From assembly GCA_039638295.1 (NCBI GenBank), contig JBDIWJ010000034.1:1-21499 (forward strand): a stretch of DNA of 21,499 nucleotides. Reading direction: 5' to 3'. This document shows, in pieces, positions 17,315-21,499 of this stretch (its first letter is position 1; every line of letters starts with the position of its first letter). Source of the DNA: Candidatus Phoenicimicrobium oleiphilum. GTDB lineage: Bacteria > Atribacterota > Phoenicimicrobiia > Phoenicimicrobiales > Phoenicimicrobiaceae. Under the pieces are notes generated by a model, which did no database searches, was not told where the DNA came from, and saw only the letters and a program-made list of their open reading frames with translations. The position numbers and the translations under genes are program-made.

Positions 17315-17595
17315 AAAGCGAAAAGCGAAAAACCATAATTCAAAACTCAAAACCATTTTCGTATATCGTATATTTTATTGCATATTGCGACTATGTCCCG
17401 CTCCCTTTAAAAGTCATTGCAAGGGAGTAAAACAACCGAAGCAATCTCAACAGTATCGAGATTGCCACGCTCCCTATGGTGACTCGCAATGACACTTTCT
17501 ATCCGCTATAATGCAAGATACGATTCACGAGATACGAGATACGGATTTAGTTCTGCGCTTTTTGATTTTCGCTATCTACTATATACTATACTCCC
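17315..17595. repeat. Multi-layer nested palindromic element (rplQ-ecfA1)
   Basis: Successive imperfect inverted arm pairs (AAAGCGA/TTTCGCT; TATCGTA/GAGATAC types) surrounding family B core 17413-17493. Confidence 0.75.
17413..17493 (+). repeat. Palindromic repeat family B, intact 81-nt copy
   Basis: GTCATTGC/GCAATGAC outer 8-bp inverted repeat and GCAATCTC/GAGATTGC inner 8-bp inverted repeat; homolog at 7941-8038. Confidence 0.85.
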
Positions 17596-17640
17596 TACAC
17601 TGCACGCTATATGCTAGTTTACACGAGATACGATTAATAA

Positions 17641-18483
17641 GTGGTGAGTACTTTGATTAAAATAGAAAATTTATATCATATTTATAATCAATATAAAAAA
17701 AATCAAATAGTGGCTTTAGACAATATAAATTTGGAGATAAAAAAAGGTGAATTTGTTTCTATTATAGGGTCTAACGGTTCAGGGAAATCAACCTTAGCAA
17801 GACATTTAAATTGTCTATTACTCCCTACTTCTGGAAATGTTTGGGTAGATGGAATAAACACTAAAGATAAAGACAAAGTATGGGAAATAAGACAAAAAGT
17901 AGGGATGGTTTTCCAAAATCCAGATAATCAAATTATAGCTACAACAGTAGAAGACGATGTTGCATTTGGATTAGAAAATATTGGGATAAGCAGAACAATG
18001 ATGCAAGAGAGGGTCAATTGGGCATTACAAGTTGTAGAGATGGAAGAATATAAAAAATGTGAACCTCACTTACTATCTGGGGGACAAAAACAGAGAGTAG
18101 CTATTGCTGGAGTAATTGCAATGCATTCTGCTTTTTTGGTTTTAGATGAGCCTACCGCTATGCTTGATCCTCGTGGTCGAAAAGAGGTAGTAGATATTGT
18201 TAAAAAATTGAATAGAGAAGAAAATATTACTGTGATTTATATAACTCACTTAATGGAAGAAGCGGTAGAATCTGATAAAATAGTTGTTTTAGATAAAGGG
18301 AAAATTGCCTTGATGGGAAGACCAGAAGAAGTTTTTTCTAAAGCCGAAACTTTAAAAAATTTAAGTTTGGATGTTCCTCAAATAACCGAATTAGCTATAA
18401 GGCTAAATAAAAAAGGGTTAGATGTATCTCCTTATACCTTGAAAGTTGAGGAAATGGTGGATCAGTTATGTTTATTCGTTTAG
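17641..18483 (+). CDS. ecfA1: Energy-coupling factor transporter ATPase EcfA
   Basis: Walker A GSNGSGKST, VFQNPDNQ, LSGGQKQR, LDEPT, ITH; typical position after rplQ; exact start uncertain. Confidence 0.95.
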   Translation: MVSTLIKIENLYHIYNQYKKNQIVALDNINLEIKKGEFVSIIGSNGSGKSTLARHLNCLLLPTSGNVWVDGINTKDKDKVWEIRQKVGMVFQNPDNQIIATTVEDDVAFGLENIGISRTMMQERVNWALQVVEMEEYKKCEPHLLSGGQKQRVAIAGVIAMHSAFLVLDEPTAMLDPRGRKEVVDIVKKLNREENITVIYITHLMEEAVESDKIVVLDKGKIALMGRPEEVFSKAETLKNLSLDVPQITELAIRLNKKGLDVSPYTLKVEEMVDQLCLFV

Positions 18484-19355
18484 AAAATGTGTATTATACT
18501 TATAATTTGCATATGCCCTTTGAAACCAAGGCGTTGAAAAATATTAATTTAGATATCAAAAAAGGCGAATTTATTGGACTAATTGGACATACTGGTTGTG
18601 GTAAAACTACTCTAATCCAACATTTTAATGGCTTGCTCACACCTACTTCTGGAAAAGTGTATGTAGAAGAAATGGATATAAGTAAAAAAGGGATTGATCT
18701 TAAATTAATTAGGCAAAAGGTAGGTTTAGTATTTCAGTACCCCGAGAATCAAATATTTGAAGAAACTATTTTTCAAGAAATTGCATTTGGCCCTAAAAAA
18801 TTAGGTTTACCAAAAGATGAGATTGAAAAAAGGGTTCGCGAAGCCTTAAAAATGGTTGATCTTGATTATAATCTCTATGCTGAACGTTCCCCCTTCACTC
18901 TTAGTGGAGGAGAAATGCGTCGAGTAGCTTTAGCTAGTATATTATCAATTAGACCAAAAATGTTAATTTTAGATGAACCTACAGCTAATCTGGACCCTCA
19001 AGGTAGAAATAAAATATTATCTGAAATAAAAGCAATTCATGATAATTTTGGAATTACTGTTGTATTAGTTTCACATAATATGGAAAAAGTTGCAGAAATG
19101 GTTGATCGACTTTTGGTAATGAACAAGGGGGAAATAATTATGGATGGTCCTCCACGAGAGATCTTTGCAAAGCGCGCTAATGATTTGTTAAAAGTAGGGT
19201 TAGGACTCCCCCAGGTCACCCAGTGTATGTATGAATTAAAGATACGCGGGAAAGATTTATATACAGGAGTACTAAATGTAAATGAAGCGGAGAAAGAAAT
19301 CTTGAATAATATAAAAAAATTAAATAGCCAGTTAAAAAAATATGAAAGGTTATAA
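18468..19355 (+). CDS. ecfA2: Energy-coupling factor transporter ATPase EcfA'
   Basis: GHTGCGKTT, VFQYPENQIFEET, SPFTLSGGEMRR, LDEPT, VSH. Confidence 0.95.
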   Translation: MFIRLENVYYTYNLHMPFETKALKNINLDIKKGEFIGLIGHTGCGKTTLIQHFNGLLTPTSGKVYVEEMDISKKGIDLKLIRQKVGLVFQYPENQIFEETIFQEIAFGPKKLGLPKDEIEKRVREALKMVDLDYNLYAERSPFTLSGGEMRRVALASILSIRPKMLILDEPTANLDPQGRNKILSEIKAIHDNFGITVVLVSHNMEKVAEMVDRLLVMNKGEIIMDGPPREIFAKRANDLLKVGLGLPQVTQCMYELKIRGKDLYTGVLNVNEAEKEILNNIKKLNSQLKKYERL

Positions 19356-19380
19356 TAGATTATAGGAAAGATGAATTAGA

Positions 19381-20178
19381 ATGAAAATATTAAGGAATAT
19401 TAGTTTTGGACAATACATTCCACGTGAATCATTAATACATAATTTAGATCCTCGAATAAAAATATTAAGTTGTTTAGCAATAATTATCAGCCTATTTCTT
19501 TTAACAGAATTTTGGGGATATTTAATTTTGGGCACTTTTGTAATGATTGGTATTATTATTTCTCAAATACATCCTAAATTTGTTTTTAAAGGATTACGAT
19601 CCATATTATTTATTATAATGTTCACTTTAATAATTCACCTTTTTATGACCGAGGGAGAGGTACTTTATCAATTAAGTTTTTTAAAAATAACAAAAGAAGG
19701 GTTAATTAAGGGTTTATTCATTTCTTGTCGACTATTTATCTTAATTTTGGCCACCTCTTTGCTTACTCTTACTACTTCTCCCATATCTTTAACTGACGGT
19801 ATAGAAAAATTGTTGTCTTTTTTTAAATTTATAGGTATGCCTGCCCACGAAATTGCTATGATGATGACTATTGCCCTGAGATTTATCCCAACTTTATTGG
19901 AGGAGACTGAGAAGATAATGAAGGCTCAAATATCTCGAGGGGCAGATTTTGATACTGGCAATATTTTTAATAGAACTAAAAATTTAATTCCTATTTTAAT
20001 ACCACTATTTGTTAATGCTTTTCGGCGTGCTGATGAATTAGCAATTGCAATGGAAGCTAAATGTTATCGGGGAGGAGAAGGGAGAACTCATTTTAGACAG
20101 TTAAAGATTAGAGTAATTGACATTTTAACCCTTATACTAACTAGTATTATAACTATTATAGCAAGTGTACTGTTTTAA
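19381..20178 (+). CDS. ecfT: Energy-coupling factor transporter transmembrane subunit EcfT
   Basis: GQY...LDPRIK, IALRFIPTL, AQISRG, LAIAMEAKCY motifs; hydrophobic segments. Confidence 0.95.
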   Translation: MKILRNISFGQYIPRESLIHNLDPRIKILSCLAIIISLFLLTEFWGYLILGTFVMIGIIISQIHPKFVFKGLRSILFIIMFTLIIHLFMTEGEVLYQLSFLKITKEGLIKGLFISCRLFILILATSLLTLTTSPISLTDGIEKLLSFFKFIGMPAHEIAMMMTIALRFIPTLLEETEKIMKAQISRGADFDTGNIFNRTKNLIPILIPLFVNAFRRADELAIAMEAKCYRGGEGRTHFRQLKIRVIDILTLILTSIITIIASVLF

Positions 20179-20247
20179 GAATAGCATTTCGTATTGCATA
20201 TGTAGTATATCGTATTATAGCGTGGAGCACATATAATTAGTTAATTA

Positions 20248-20452
20248 GTTAGCTGGTTACCTGGTTAGTTAGTTAAAAAATAGAAGAAGAAAGTCAGGAG
20301 ACAGAATTCAGAATAAAAACGTATTTAGTATTTCTGGGGTAGCATCTTGTATTTTAACTTAGGGCGGTAAGAGATAGAATTAGTTAATGGGTTAAATAGG
20401 TTTACTTAGTTATAAATTAATATTAAACCAACTAACCAGTTAGCCAGCTAAC
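20248..20452. repeat. Microrepeat-armed palindromic element (ecfT-truA)
   Basis: 20248-20276 vs 20424-20452 are 25/29 reverse complements; encloses AAGTCAGGAG heptamer tract also seen at ~7897. Confidence 0.85.
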
Positions 20453-20464
20453 AAAAGGAGAAAA

Positions 20465-21211
20465 ATGATTAATATAAAACTTACTATAGAATATGAAGGA
20501 ACTCGATATTGTGGTTGGCAAAAACAAAAAAATTTGCCAAGTATTCAAGAAATTTTAGAAAATAAAATATCGCAGATTACTCAAGAAAAGATATCCCTAT
20601 GCGGCTCTGGAAGAACTGATGCTGGTGTACATGCTTTAGGGCAAGTAGCAAATTTTAGAACTTGCTGTACCACTATCCCCTGTAAGAAATTACCATTAAT
20701 TCTTAACCATTTACTACCTTCGGATATTAGAATTAAAAAAGCAGAAAAAGTAGAGGATAGTTTTCATGCTCGTTATAGTGCATTAAGCAAAATTTATCAC
20801 TATTATATTTTTAATAACTATAAAAGTGGTTATACCCCATTTTTTTTAAGAAATTATATATATTGTGTTTATAGGAAAATAGATTTAGAGAAAATTAGAA
20901 AAGCCATTTCGTTCTTGTATGGCGAACACGATTTTTCTTCATTTGCCTGTACAGGAAGTAGTATTAAAAATACGGTGAGGACTATTAAGAAAGCAGAAGT
21001 AATCAATAAGGGGAATATAATATGTTTTCACTTTGAAGCAAATGCTTTTTTATATAAGATGGTTAGGACCATGGTTGGAACATTGTTAGATGTTGGATAT
21101 GGTAAGATAGATTATTTAGATGTAAAAAAAATATTGGAAGCGAAAGACAGAAAAATGGGGGGTAGAGTTGTTCCCGCTAAAGGGCTGTTCTTAATGAAAG
21201 TCAATTATTAA
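20465..21211 (+). CDS. truA: tRNA pseudouridine(38-40) synthase TruA
   Basis: GWQKQ, catalytic GRTDAGVHA, FHARYSA, GEHDFSSF, FLYKMVR. Confidence 0.98.
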   Translation: MINIKLTIEYEGTRYCGWQKQKNLPSIQEILENKISQITQEKISLCGSGRTDAGVHALGQVANFRTCCTTIPCKKLPLILNHLLPSDIRIKKAEKVEDSFHARYSALSKIYHYYIFNNYKSGYTPFFLRNYIYCVYRKIDLEKIRKAISFLYGEHDFSSFACTGSSIKNTVRTIKKAEVINKGNIICFHFEANAFLYKMVRTMVGTLLDVGYGKIDYLDVKKILEAKDRKMGGRVVPAKGLFLMKVNY

Positions 21212-21241
21212 TTGACCAATTAACTAGTCGTTAGTTAGTCG

Positions 21242-21396
21242 TTAGTATGTGGTAAAGCGGGTAGCGAACAGCGTGTAGTGTATAGAAATACAGTAATTAG
21301 TCTGGCAAACCAAGTAACCAACTAACTATCTAATAAATATATTCCCTATACGCTATCCGCCAGGGTGGAATACTAAATACTTGTACTATATGCTAA
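21242..21396. repeat. Heptamer-armed palindromic element downstream of truA
   Basis: TTAGTATGTGGTA/TACTATATGCTAA outer arms and TAGTGTATAG/CTATACGCTA inner arms; right arm interrupted by TCCGCC-AG-GGTGGA (21356-21369). Confidence 0.65.
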
Positions 21397-21409
21397 TTTA
21401 ACTGTTAGC

Positions 21410-21451
21410 TAAAAGTTAAAAGTGGACTATTTAAAAGTTAAAACTGGACTA
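21410..21451. repeat. Tandem 20-nt direct repeat, 22-nt period
   Basis: TAAAAGTTAAAAGTGGACTA (21410-21429) and TAAAAGTTAAAACTGGACTA (21432-21451), 19/20 identical. Confidence 0.8.
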
Positions 21452-21499
21452 AATTTAACTCAATATTTCTTTTGGTTACACCTTAAAAATTTACTATAT

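Noticed and set aside
17413..17493. 81-nt structured segment as a tRNA or a vitamin riboswitch for the ECF genes
   Set aside because: No T-loop/D-loop or CCA, no TPP/FMN/cobalamin consensus that I can recognise, and a homolog occurs in reverse orientation at 7941.
48..19535. All minus-strand ORFs in the track (e.g. 48-401, 5957-6361, 9827-10267, 10901-11128)
   Set aside because: They are antisense shadows of well-conserved + strand genes with no recognisable motifs.

Overview
AT-rich bacterial window carrying the complete S10-spc-alpha ribosomal protein supercluster (rpsJ to rplQ, including secY, adk, map, infA, rpmJ, rpoA), followed by a stand-alone ECF energizing module (ecfA1-ecfA2-ecfT) and truA, all on the + strand. 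Gene order is Firmicutes/Terrabacteria-like; a more precise taxon cannot be supported from the sequence alone. The coding content is ordinary except that rpmD (uL30) is absent and RpoA has substitutions at normally conserved arginines. The unusual signal is intergenic. About a dozen normally tight junctions are expanded, mostly to ~200-290 nt, and filled with several families of non-coding palindromic elements. These are: (A) a ~160-210 nt structured repeat with 11-13 bp inverted arms, covarying stems and an alternative fold, in 5 copies plus a possible remnant, all co-oriented with transcription; (B) GTCATTGC...GCAATGAC palindromes; (C) inverted arms built from 7-nt or 4/8-nt microrepeats; (D) ~26-nt TTTC-loop mini-hairpins that sit inside other elements and apparently inside themselves. 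The families are nested like Russian dolls. No mobilizing enzyme is encoded in the window, so mechanism and function are inference only.
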